Below are positions 20,990 through 33,700 of a stretch of DNA of 64,000 bases, in pieces; the stretch's first letter is position 1; each line of letters begins with the position of its first letter. The stretch is from assembly GCA_039621445.1 (NCBI GenBank), contig CP154954.1, positions 26,052,954-26,116,953 of the forward strand. The letters are read 5' to 3'. The notes under the pieces were generated by a model. That model saw only the letters and a program-made list of their open reading frames with translations, did no database searches and had not been told where the DNA came from. Made by a program: the position numbers and the translations under genes. The stretch is from Euglena gracilis. Taxonomy: Eukaryota.

Positions 20990-23900
20990 CCATGGGCCCC
21001 CTCATGCCATCGATGGCATTCCCAAATGGAGAAGAATCAATGGTGAAGTTTGAAGATCAAAAAGAAGAAGAATCTGAAGATTCAAAAACATTTGTTATAT
21101 TGGCTGCTGCATCTGGTTGGGGGGGGCCCCGCAATGGCCCCCCAGTGCGCGGTATGGAAGCAGCTGGTGAACCTCACCATGCGGACACCACACACGACAA
21201 CACACCAACCCCCCGCCTGCCTGTCTGCACACCCCCCGAAGAAAACCCACCCGAAAAGAACCCGAAAAGAAGTAGACCCCCCCCGGGATTTTGAAACAGA
21301 ATCAGAATCTTCCTCGTCCACAATGACGAGGAAAAAAAGAATTTCTTCATGGTTCGGGACGGGTGTGCCGGAAAAAGTGCAAAAAAACCCAGAAATCACA
21401 CAAGGCGAATTTTCTGTGGAAAATGATTTACCTCGCCTTACCAGATTTACTGAAAGTTTGAAGGGGGAGTTGCAAAAAGAAGAAGCAAGTCAATTTTTTC
21501 AGGGGACAATTACGGATTTTGAAGTCCCAGAAGATTTTTTCTTGCAAAAATTTCCCCAATTTCAAGGGGAAACGCCAAAGCTTTTGGAAGCACCACAAAA
21601 TTTGCAAGTGGTGCCATTGCAAAGTGGAGGGGAGGTTACGATTTGTCAGCACGCACACATATTTCAGCAATTTCAGCAATCCCAACCAAGGATCCTTGGG
21701 GGTGGTGGTGATTTCCCCCCCATGATTGACGGTGTTCAAATTTTTGGCTGCCCCATTGCAAGTTTTGGAAGGGCAAACTTTTCCCGCTCTCATGGAAAAT
21801 CCACAATCCTGTGGGTTGGAGCGGTGTGGAGTCCCCCCAAAGATGGAATTTTACCCGCTTCCCCCCCAAGAAACGGGCGGGGGGGACGATTATTCTGAAT
21901 TTTTGGAAAGCGGGACACCCATGCATGAGAGCCCCCCGGCTGAAAATTCACAAGTCCCCCCCGAGCCAATGGAGGAGGAGGGTGGGGATGCGGATCCTTG
22001 GGACGGATATTGGAAAAGATTTGAAGAAAGACTTAATTTTCTTGAGGGAAGACAAGAAACAATTTCTGGAATGTTAAATCAACATGTGGAGTTGGTCAAG
22101 AATGAAAGGAAACTTTATGAAAAGTTTTTTGACCAAATTTCTGGGAGGTTTCAAAACTTGGAGGAACAAATGGAGGTGGTATTGGGACAGATAGCAGCAA
22201 TGGAGGTGGACATTGACGAAAAAATGCGGGTGGAGTCACCAGAAAAGAAAATGGACTTTGCCCCCCGCACACCCAGCCCCCCCCCCCCCCCCCTCCCCCC
22301 CCCCCACCCCCCCCCCCCCCCCCCCCCCCCCCTCAAAACTTGGAAAGCTCACTTGAGCACCAAGATCAGATTTTGGCGCAAATTCGCCAAAAGTTTTCTC
22401 GTGATGAAAATGAGAAACGGCAAGAACTTTTTGGAGTGAAACGTCAAGTTTTGAGTTTGGGAAACGCAAGCCAAAAGGCCTTTGGTTCCATTTTGTCCAG
22501 GGTTGAAGATTTTCAGAAAGGCGTTTCCGCTCAAATTTTTGGAATTGAGCAAAAAATTGCGCGGTTGGAAAATCAGGGTGTGAATGAACGGGTTTTTGCC
22601 CAAGGTTTTGGAGTGGGGGGCCCATGTGGAGAAGCCTCCCCCCCCTCCCAAGCCATGAATTTGGATGGTCCATGGGGGCAAAATCCAAACACACCACCAA
22701 TGGGGAGGGAGACCCCCAACCCCGGCACCGCCGCTCTCGCGGTGCCCGGGGGCCCTTTTCCCCCCACCGTTGTGGTGGCGGTGCGGGAGGCCCCAACAGG
22801 ATCGGAAAGGTCAACAACGACGGCAACCCCCAGCACCAGCTATGGGTTGGGTTTTGGCTTTTTGGGTAGGAGGGAACTTCGACCACCCAAGCAGGCGGAG
22901 ACCGATACCCTCTCAATCCCCTCTCGAGAGGTGAGTGGGTTGGTTTTCGAAAATTTTCAAAACATCCCCCCCCTCGCTCCCTACTCGGGCAACCTAGGCC
23001 CAGAGGTAGGGGGAGCGGCTTTTTCGGGCAACGGTGTTGGGGTGGCGGTCTTGCCCAAAGGGGAGGAGCACCATAAGGTGGTCTCTACCCCCTGTTGGCA
23101 AAGCCACACCCTACACGTTCCCGTGACCCAACCCCCACCAGTTTCTCTCCCCCTCGCTCAGAATTTGGTTTCCCACGGTCCCGTGCAAGTAGGTCCCCCC
23201 GGTGCACAAGCACCTTTCACAAGTGAGGTACCCCCTTCATGTGCCCCCCCCACCATCAACGTGTTGGGCTTTCCCGTCGAATCAACCCAAACAGGTCCGA
23301 CCGTTGTTGCTCCGGTGCAAATTTTACCCATTGGGGTGGGGGCGGGGATGGGGGGGGGAGGTGACGCCCATTTTGGAAGCCAAAATCCAATTTTTGTTGG
23401 ATCCCCCTTGAGTGCCATGGTGGCAAAAGAGGCAAAACTTAAAAAAATTTCTGGCCACGCCGAAGATTGGCCTGATTTTCGCTTTCGTTGGAAAGAATAT
23501 GTGCAAGGACTTTCTAGAGGTCCAACCGACGACCAAGACCTCTTTTCACTTTTGATTTCCTCCAAAATGAAACCGATGGAGACCGTTTGAGGCTCCTAAG
23601 GGGGACGGGAATGATCACAAATTTTCAACAAGCTTGGGATTTGTTGGAAAAAGAAAATTTAAGTGGGGCAGGAAATTGTGCAAGGCAAAAATTTGAAGAA
23701 ATTCGCCTCAAGTACAAAAACGACCTAACCAGGGAGGATTGAAAACGTTTTGAGACAGATCTTCTCATATTGAGAAATTTTGCAAAGATGTGACCGACGC
23801 CGACGCGTATCGGGTTCTAAGACGGGAAATTCCCAAATTTTACAACGAGAAAATTGTCAGGGAACAAGAACGGGGAAGTGATTTTTTTAACGTGGTGGAG

Positions 23901-24660
23901 GTAAAAAATTTGCCCTTGGTGGATGCCCACCAAGTGCGAGGAGCTTTGGTGAGTGCGTTGGAGGGAGCCACGTTAAATTTTGTCTCCGTGGTGTTTTTGG
24001 GGACGCATTTTGAGGTGACGGTTGGGTCGGCAAGGGAGAAAAATTTGCTTCTTTCACTCAATGGACGAAATTTGTAAAACGGGCAAAAATTGCAAGTTTC
24101 CCCCAAAGAATTTCAACTACCCCCCACGGAAATCATGGGAATGATGCACAAATGGCTCACGCAAAAGGAGCAAGCCGTTGAATTTAAGCGGCGTGGTTCC
24201 CCCCCGGAACGGAATCAAACCCCCCAACGGATGAGTGTGACAGAAATTTCCACGGGAACGGAAAATGAGAATTTTTCTCAAAATTCTCAAACGAGAAAGG
24301 AGGGGGGGGACACATCAAAAATTTCGAATCCCACCGTTTCCATTCAAAAAGTGGAAGAAGCACCACTCCCTACCCCCACCCCCACAACAAAAAGCAATGA
24401 AGGTGTAATCAGAGCACCGTGTGAACGTTGTGGTAAGATGGGGCATATTGCCGCTAAGTGTTGGGCAAAATTTCCGGAATGCAAATCAAGGCCTCCCCGC
24501 ACGAAATTTTGGGCCCCAAGCCCAAGGGGGGGGAGGACGCGGCAAGGGGGGTGGTAAAGGCAATTTTGGAGGAAAAGGTTGGCAAGCTTTCAAGGGCCAA
24601 GGAAAGGGTGGTGGCAAAGGAGGAAAAGGAAAAGGGGCCAAGCAAAGCCGGCAGTCAAAA
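20990..24660 (+). pseudogene. gag: Fragmented gag of element B with a CCHC zinc knuckle
   Basis: Chain of frameshifted ORFs with coiled-coil stretches, EDWPDFRFRWKEY, CERCGKMGHIAAKC (~24420-24460) and a GKGG-rich tail. Confidence 0.75.
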
Positions 24661-25039
24661 AAACCAAAAAAAACAAAAAACGGTTTTTTTTTCGTTTTTT
24701 TTGTGTTTTTTTTAAAAAAACAAAAAAAAACGCCAGCGGGGGTATGGTGGAAAAAAAAACTTTTCATTTTTTTTGGGCAGTTCCCAACATGATCTTGGAA
24801 TTGTTGCATTTTTTTCTGTCACTTTTATAGCTATTTTCTCAACCAACCTCTTTTGCCCATGCTTCAAAGGTCAATACAAAACCGAGGAAAGGGGGGTTTG
24901 CATGAGTGTGGTGTTTTTTGTTTGAGTTTTTCCGTTGCCGGCGACTTGGCGCTTGATTCGGCCGGTTTTTTAAAAAAAACGTTTTTTTTTTGCCGTTTTT
25001 TTCAAAAAAAAACGTTTTTCGTTTTTTTTAAAATAAAAT

Positions 25040-25828
25040 AAAAACGCCAGCTCTGGGGGGTCAACACCGAACCCTCCACCTTTGGAATATGCCTGTCCTC
25101 CAAACGCTTCCCTTGCACCAAAAGTTTGACCAAATTTTCAGGGACTCGATATTTTTGGTTTAGAGTCACTCCATAATTGTTTCCACCCAAACGGTGAATG
25201 TGTCTTTTGGTACCGGGGATGGTGAACTCACACCAAAAACCCGGACACAAACGGTTTTGCAACCCCTCCACCGTTCCCCAAATACGGGTGGGCTTTTTGT
25301 AGCCCCAAGGGCTAAATTGGCAATAATCAACATCCAAAAAATTCAGCCCTTCCATAAATTCACGGTCCTTCAAAAGGACCGTGAAAAGGGATTTTCAATG
25401 TACCATTGGGGGGGTTGTAGAAAATTGATGATGGAAAGTGTCCTTTTTGCAAGAGAATCGGCATACTCCAAGTTCCTTTCACGTGTGGTGAGACTTTGGC
25501 TATATTCCGTACAATGAATGGATGCGAAAATCAAGTCCACGTCCCCTTTTTTGAGAAATTTTTCCAAAGGCCATGTCAAAATGTCGGCCAAAATGTGGGG
25601 CTTTGCACGGGGGTTCACATCTAGTGTCAAAACCTCAAACCCACATTTTTCAAGCGTTTTTGCAACAGATTTTGTTCCTGAAAATAAGTCCAAAGCCTTT
25701 GGCTTCTTGGATGACAAAAATTGTTTGACTTTTTCCATGGAAATGTTTGACGGTAGCGCAAAAATTTTCTGCGACAAATTTTGCGTGGGGGGCACTTGGC
25801 CACTTCCCCTTAGGCACTCCCTGCCCCC
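25040..25828 (-). pseudogene. C5-cytosine DNA methyltransferase of element B, inverted relative to gag-pol, one frameshift
   Basis: ALDLFSGTKS, FASIHCTEYS, WYIENP and DVDYCQF..WGYKKPTRIWG; clearly homologous to the element A C5-MTase. Confidence 0.88.
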
Positions 25829-25924
25829 CTAACACGAGGGGTACCCACCCTTGGCCCCAGCTAACGACTAATGACCGACCAGATTTGTACATGCACGAAA
25901 AAGAAATTGTTTTAACTTAAAACG

Positions 25925-28900
25925 GTGAAAGTTTCAGAATTGGGTCAATTAACCAAAACATCAGGTCGAACGCAATTGGTGATGGCGGTTCATGTTACGG
26001 CACACGATGGTTCACACAACATTTTGAAGGCTTTGGCTGACACGGGTGCCCAAACAAATTTGGTGAGATTGGGACTTTTTGAAAAATTGATGGTCCCCGC
26101 AAAAGAACCTTTGAGGTTGGTCACCGTGAAAGGCGATTCCCTACCGGGTGGGGAGCACGAGTTGGAGCTAAAATTGAAATTTTTGGCACAAAAAAAGGGG
26201 ACTACGGAAAATGCCCCCCTGGAAATTTGTGGAATTTTCCACGAGGCAGAAATTCACGTTGACCTGATTTTGGGGTTTCCATGGATGTGGAAAAATAAAT
26301 TGGGAGTGTTGCCCCACGAAAATGGACTTTTTGCCGACAACGACGGAGTGCGGTACATACGGAGTTGGCCTTTGAAGGAAATTGACGTTGCTCATTTTTT
26401 GATTGAAGAGAAACCTGAGGGGAGGGTTGAAACGGATATTATAGACACTACCCCCCGGTTCAAAAGTGAAAGATTTTCCCAGAGAATTTCACGAAAAGTG
26501 AAAAGTGATGGATTTGTGCAAAATTCTTCCCCCCGTTCAAAGAGAGGGGAAAAAAAATGGGTTCAACGGCCTATCGACGAAAATTTTCAGCTTGCCGACT
26601 TTTCCCAAGGCACAAAATCCGACTTGTTCGATTCACGACCCGAAATTTCAGTTGGGCAAGTGTGGGAGGTGGAAAAATTTCAGTTTCATGTTCCAAGTTT
26701 TGTCGGAGAGAAAAACGAGGAACTAAGTGAGGAGGAATTAATGGAGGTGTGTGAACGGTTAAGGGAATCGGTTAAAGGTGGAACTAACGAAATCGGGATA
26801 ATTTCCACTCACTCGGAGCCGAGTGAGTGGGGTGAGTTCCAACCTTTGGTCGATGAGTTGCGCAAAAAAATTTTGAGGATTACAAAGATTTGGTTTTTGG
26901 GGATGAGGTGAAGCCCAACCCCCCCGTGAGAGGACCGCATTGTGAGGCCCGTATTTTTTTGAAGCCGGGCGCCCAACCAAAAAAGCAAAGACCGATGCAA
27001 CTCATGGGTGAAAGGTTGGATGCAATGAAGGCAATAACCACGGAATGGTTAAGGCAAGGTAAGGTGGAGCCTTGTGAGGGTCCATGGGGTATGCCCTCGT
27101 TTCCCGTGAAAAAAGTGCATGTACCCCCCACAGCCCCCTTACACAAAAAATGGAGGGGGGTGGTTGATGCCCGCTACATGAATTCCCAATGCATGGATGA
27201 TGCATACCCTTTACCCCGGGTGGAGGAGCCTTTGATTCGCCAAGGCAAAAAACAAATTTTTTCAACAATCGATTTGGTGGATGCTTTTCATCAAATCCCC
27301 CTCCACCCCGATTCAAGGCAAATTACCGCCACCTACACCCCAAGCAACGGTGCAATGGAAGGTGGTTGTAATGGGTTGGAAAAATGGTGTGCAATATTGT
27401 CAAAGGAATTTGGAAGCGACACTTGCCCCCGCACAAGAAATCGCTGATGGCTATATCGACGATATTCTCTTTGGTACCCCCCAAGAAAATTTGGGTACGG
27501 AACAACTTTTGAGAAGACACAATTCTGAAATTCGCACCATTTTGGACTTACTTCGTGAAAAACAATGGGTAGCCAGATTTTCGAAGTGCAAATTTTTCCA
27601 AAAGGAGGTTGAGTTTTTGGGCCATATTTTGAAAGATGGCCAAAGGAAACCTTCCCCCGGCAAATTGTTGGCCGTGGAAAAATGGGAGCTACCTCAAACT
27701 ATTACCGGTCTTCGTGCATTTTGTGGTTTTGCCAACCATTATTCTTCCTACATTGAAAAAATTTCTGAGTTGGCAGCCCCCCTCCAAGACAAACTTCGGG
27801 TTGGTCGTGCGGAGGGCAAGGCCGGTTCCAAAGTCCCGGTTAAGTGGGACGATGAAAGTATGAAATCTTTTGAGGAAACGAAAAAAGCGTTGGTTAAGGG
27901 GTTGTCGTTACAAGTCGTCGACCCCGACCGACCTTTTATTTTGAAGGTGGATGCATCGGGTAGGTCCATTGGTGCGGTGTTGGAACAACTTCCCGTAGGT
28001 GAGGTGGAATTAAGCAAGGAAAAGGCCATGGAAGGGAAAACGGTTCCCGTGGCATTTATGTCACGGAAACTGACCCCTTCCCAAGAAAAAACTTGGGACA
28101 TTAAGGATAAGGAGGCATACGCCGTTGTATCCGCCCTTCAAAAATGGGCAGGGTGGATAGGCCTACAACCGGTCCTCGTTTTGACGGACCACAAGGCCCT
28201 TGAGTCTTGGGTCACCGAGACTCTTGCGGACCCGGCGGGACCGTCAAGCCGAAGGGCACGGTGGCACCAAAAACTCAGCAAATTTTTGCTAAACGTAGCG
28301 TATGTACCTGGTAAGCAACACCTACCCGCAGATTGTATGACAAGGTGGGCTTACCCCGCATCACAAAGTTTTGCGGACGTTTCATGGCATGGGTCGGAGG
28401 AGGATGAAAGGAAAATGGCTGAAATTTTAGAAAATGAGAAAAAAATGGAACGAGCTTGCATGGTTGTTCGCTTGCACAAAAACGGTGAAGTTGTTGATTT
28501 TGATTTTTCACGGCAGATTTCGGTGTTGGAAAAAATGATCTCCCCTGTGGATACCATGGGCAATGAAGTGGAGGAAGGGGGGGAGACGGAAAACTTTCCC
28601 GGGCAGCATTTTCCCCTTGGTGGCCCTGAAAATCAAGGGGGGGAGGACGAAAATTTGTCCAAGGAACCTGTGATGCACCGGGATTGGTCCACTTTGTATG
28701 CACGGTGTGCGTATTTTAAGGATATTTGGGAGGAGGTACACAAACCGCATTCGGAAAATTGGCCTGAAAATTTTCAAATTTTGGACAACCGGCTATTTTT
28801 CCAAGGACTTTTGTGTGTACCCGCCGGTGTAACTGGACCTTTTGTCCGGGAGTACCACGCCCACGTGGGACATGTGGGTGGGGAAAGGTTGTGGTTGGAA

Positions 28901-29888
28901 ATGACAAAACACTTTCATTTTTCACCTTTGGTGGGGGCAAAAGAAATCACTTTGTCGGTTTCAAAAATGTGCGAAATTTGTCAAGCGCACAGCCCCCCAC
29001 GTTTTTCTTTGAAGGGGCCTTTGCGTCCCACCATCATACCACCATTTTTGGGGTCAAGTGTTTCGATCGACCTCTTTAACATGCCCCGTGTAAAATTTGA
29101 CGGGCAAGAATTTGATTGCATGGCGGTTTGTGTAGATCGCCTAAGCGGTTGGACAATAGTAACACCCCATAGGAGAAAAGGGTGTACGGCTAAGGCGGTG
29201 GCCAAGGAAATGTTTAATCGGTGGTTGGATTTATTTGGCTTGCCAACGGTCATCACGAGTGACCAAGGCCCCCAATTTTCAGGGGCATGGTGGCTCACGA
29301 TGTGCGGTTGCATGGGGATACGAAGCGCAAAGGCGCAAGCGTATCACCATCAAGCCAACGGTAGGGCGGAAGTGCAAGGAAAAGAATTCAAAACTTGGCT
29401 AAGGAAAGTTTGCGACGAGATGGACACAAATTGGGTTGAAATTTTGCCATTGGTGAGGAGGAAATTTCATAACATCCCTGGGCCAAGTGGCTTATCCCCC
29501 TACGAAATTGTTTTTGGACGAAACATGCTATTGGCCGGTTTTCCTCGTCCCATTCCCCGCGAAGCGGAGGAAGCTTCAGATTTTTTCAAAAGAATGTCCG
29601 AGTTGGATTCAAAAATTGCTGAAAAATTGAACGCCCTTCATTTACAACGTTTTGGGGCTTTGAACTCTCAAAGGGCTGAAAAACCAATTTTGGACATTGG
29701 GCAGAAAGTTTGGTATTTGCGTCCATCCAATTTGCAAGCAAACTTGAAAAGCCGTTGGTTGGGTCCTTGTGAGGTCAAACGACGTTTGTGTCAAGGTTCA
29801 TACCAGGTTGAGGTGAAACCTGGTATAATGCAAAGCGTGCACATCACACAATTGAAATTGCATGTGGAAGACAAATTCGTTGGAGAAC
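25925..29888 (+). pseudogene. pol: Protease, RT, RNase H and integrase of element B (frameshifted, interrupted by element C)
   Basis: ALADTGAQTNL, WRGVVD, IDLVDAFHQ, YIDDIL, VDASG, TDHKA, SDQGPQF, NGRAE and WLGP. Confidence 0.92.
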
Positions 29889-30321
29889 AGTGTACGTCCC
29901 ACCCCGGCTTTTCTACTTATGCTTTCCTCCCGAAAAGCCTGTGGGGGGAGTAACAATAAAATTTGCTTCCCTTTTCCCCTTTTGAATGCAAAGCACACAA
30001 GCAGAAGAATTGGTGGGACCGCAGTCCCTTATATGAAAGTGACTTTCGCTCTTTCGAGCTTTGTAAAAGAAAGAAATAAAACTTGTATTCAAATGGGACT
30101 TCGCCCTCAGTATTCTAAAAGAGAATTGCAAAGCACCAAACCCAATAACCTTGAATTAGGAACCAGTTACTTTCGCTAAGCTTTCGCTAGCTCTGAGACT
30201 CTCTCTTTGTCTTATGGTTTTAACCATGCCACTGTGTACGGCCCGGCCGTAGCCAGGTTGTAGGCCGTAGCCCCTTGTATCTGGTACACAGTGCCATGGC
30301 AGAATGGCTGCCTGGTACACA
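29889..30321 (-). repeat. 3' LTR of element C
   Basis: Direct repeat of 47166-47598; PPT GGGAGGGGGA lies at 30322-30331 on the minus strand. Confidence 0.95.
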
Positions 30322-30701
30322 TCCCCCTCCCAGGGCTCTGCCCGATTTCCCTTCTGGACCAGGCCAGTCGGGATGCCAGGCACAGTCCCAGGTTCAGGGA
30401 GACAGTACCAGGATACCATGGTCTGGTTCCCAATTACGGTTACCTTGTTTGGAGCACAAAGCGCAAAAGAATTCTGACGCGCATGCTGTGCTTTGTGCGT
30501 CTTCTTACTTGACACCGTAGTGTCCTTGTGGTCTTGAATCTTCGCGATCAACATGTTATCCACCGAACTTAAGGCGATTCCGCCATTGTGTCTTGGGACG
30601 GCGTTGAAGGCGATGATGAAATGCGTATACACGCTCGAGACTTCGCTCATTGTGGACTACGCCCATTTCAGCCGAAGCTGATTGTACGAGACAGGAAACC
30701 C

Positions 30702-33700
30702 TCAACGTTTGTGGGTTTCCTTGAAGTACTCACCCATGTGTGGGTCTTGTACCAAGGTCATTTCGGTTGGACGTAGGTCCAGGGTACCCTTGTCAGGATT
30801 ATCCATGTCAATCCTGGGGATAACCCAACTTTTGACTTCTTGTATCTCCTTGGGAAGTTCTGTTCTGAGCGTTTCAGCTCGCTTGTGGAGGTAAATTTGC
30901 AAGTTTTCCCAGAAAACTCTCGGAAAAGTTGCAGGCCAAATGTAGTAGTTCCATCTTGGATGATTTGCTGGTACTTGTGGTGGCATGCCAGGCATAGCGT
31001 TGAAATCAACGTTATGCACGCGGGATGCACAGGCACAACGGGTTATATGGGGTTTCAGAATGGAGCCAACCCATTCTGAATAGTGTTCGTATCCATGTCG
31101 TTCTGGTGGGTACTCAGGGAGTAACCAACGTTGTGTGGTTTCAGAAACCGTTGAAGGCTTTGTAAACAGTGGGTAGATGACGCGTTTCCAGTCGTCATCA
31201 TTGAACAGCAGGGGCAATCGCCCTTTTGTACATTCCACAGCCAGTCTGATTCCGCCGGAATCAGTTTGGAAGTCAAAGGCGATTCCGCCGCGGTCAAAAG
31301 CCTCAGCTTTCTTGAAGCCTTTGTGTTGGTACATTTGTCGTTTTGTTTTGTAAAAATTAAGGAAATCTTCCAGAACGTCCTCGCTTCCGGGTACGATCCT
31401 GAGATTTCCGCCATCTGCGGGCAAATATATGTCTGCCCGTAGGCAGTTGACACAGAAAACTGGTACGTCACGGTCTCTGTCCTCTTTCGACCAACGGAAG
31501 TTGTTCAGTTTTCTCCAGGCGATGATGCAATCACCGCAAATCAAAGCGGCTGTATTTGGAACGAATTCGTTGTGGTGAAAATTTTTCCGTTTGTTGTCCG
31601 CATAACAGACATGCACAGCTGGCATGCTGTTACGAATGTTGTGACAAACAGTACAGAGCCATGTTGTTTGACCATTCGGTCTATTGTCAAACAGGAATGT
31701 TTCCCCAAGGTATTGGGCAAACACTCTTGGTGATCTGGCATTGTAGAATCGCCAAATATGGCGAACATAGTAGTTGTACTTCTGTTCATTGAAAAACAAT
31801 GGTTCAATCCACTTGTTCAACAAAATTCCGCGTTCGCGGGCTGATTGTATCATGGCAATGCGTTCTTCGACGCTCGGCAGGTTAGAGATGATGTCCTCTT
31901 GCCAAAGAGTGGCATTATCGTCAACGGGCATGTTTTCCTCTTGCGAGGTCTCAGACGTTGTATCTTGTCGAGTTCTACCTCGGAGGGTAGAAGTGACCCG
32001 GCTTTTCCCGGCCACTTCGGTATATGTCGGTGCTGGTGTGGTAGCAGCTGGGGTCTTCGCCCGCTTTCCTGATTTGCTACCACTCCCAGGTGGAGGTGGT
32101 TTTGGTTCGTTGTGTCGTTCAGCAGGTTTGCACGGTTCTGCAGGCTGTGGTTTAGCCTTAGGCTTACTGCCTTTCTCTTTCCGCTGTGGCGGAAAAGGGC
32201 GTTCTGTAGGCGACTTTGGAGCAGGTTTGACCGTTGGTGTGGTGGTAGGTGGTACGTCAGGAACCGTCGGTACCACCTGTTCAGGTGTGTGTACCACTAC
32301 GGGTGTTGTGTCATGTGGTGGCGTTTGTTCGACCGTAGTCGATTCAGTTGTTGTCACCACTTCGGGTGTTTGGACATCAGGAGTAGAGCTGGCCGCGTCT
32401 GCTGCCAGTGCTGTGGTGGAAGCCGTAGCTTCTTGTGTGGGTTGTTCGCCAAGTCCCGTGTCACGGGGACTTCGCGTTGAAGAGGAAGACCTCGATCGCA
32501 CCATTGCAACCATCGAGGCTACGCCACTTCGGACGCTTCCGAGGACGCGTTCTGCAGCGCGTCCAACTTGTGGTGGTATGAGTATAAAGTCGTCTGGTTC
32601 TTGGTATCTGTCGATACCTTCGTGTTGTTGTCTTGTGATCAGTTCGCGAAATGCGATTATCTCAGCATCAGTTACTTCCTGTCCAGCTTCCGCATGTGCG
32701 GGAGTAGGTGGAACCACGTCTGTCGAAGGCACTGCGGCCGTTGTGGAATCTGCAGGCACTTCGGCCATTGTAAATTCTGCAGGCGCGTCAGGTTCCGCGT
32801 CTGGCAATGGTGTTTGTGGTCGTGTTTGAGCAGGCGTTGTAGCTGGCACTTCGGCCCTTAGAGCATGTTGTACGCCGGCATCTTCGGGTTCAGACTCCAC
32901 AGATGCGGAGGAAACGGAGCGTGTACTGTGTTCATTGTCTGTCCGTTCTTCCATTTCCTCATCGCTGGATGACCCAGAAGAGGAAACGGACGAAGAGTCT
33001 GAAGAGTGTACGGGAGTGTGTTCCACAGACATTGTAGGTGTAGGTGGAGGTTGTGGCAAACGTTCTTCCGAACGTTTGGTTGCAGGCTTTGCTGCTGCTT
33101 TGGCTGTTGACGTTGTAGATGATGCAGCCGTTGGAGGTTGTTCAACTGCAGACTGCGCTGCTTCGGACTCCGCCGGCTGGGGTTCAGGGAGTTTTATACG
33201 TGGTCGCAGACGGAAATTTTGCCATCCGACAAATTTGTTTCCTCCCGATCCGCGAGGAAGCCAGTCCAGTATTGGGATGGCCAACCCATCCTTATTTGTA
33301 CGTTTGCCCTTGAAAAATGGGGCAAAGTCCTCTCTTCGGAGGGTTTCACCAAACAGGCGTTTGATGTACTTCCGTTTTCCGTCTTCGTCCCATTCAGGTC
33401 GAAGAGGGAGGTATTCTTGTGGGAGTTGTTGTTTTGGGTTGAATAAATTGTAGATTTCCAGAGCATAGGACACCCATGCTCTCCATTGGAACGTCTGCAT
33501 GTGCAGAAGCATTTGTCGGTGGTTTCGTCTGGCGTATCCGATTTCCCTGACTTCGAGGGGATTGTGGCAGATGTGTCCAAGTAGTCTTCGTTGTTGTTGG
33601 GCCTCCGCCCATTCGCGTTGGTGGGGCTGCGCCCTTTGTGCGTTTGGGCGGTCGGTTGTCCGACCGCGCACGCCAAAGCCCCAGAAGTCCACGGGGAACT

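Noticed and set aside
22255-22335. Polyproline-coding C-run
   Set aside because: Near-homopolymer in a frameshifted pseudogene; likely slippage or a sequencing artefact.
31774-32829. 351-aa plus-strand ORF and other antisense ORFs over gag, pol and ORF3
   Set aside because: Shadow ORFs of biased coding sequence on the opposite strand, with no motifs.
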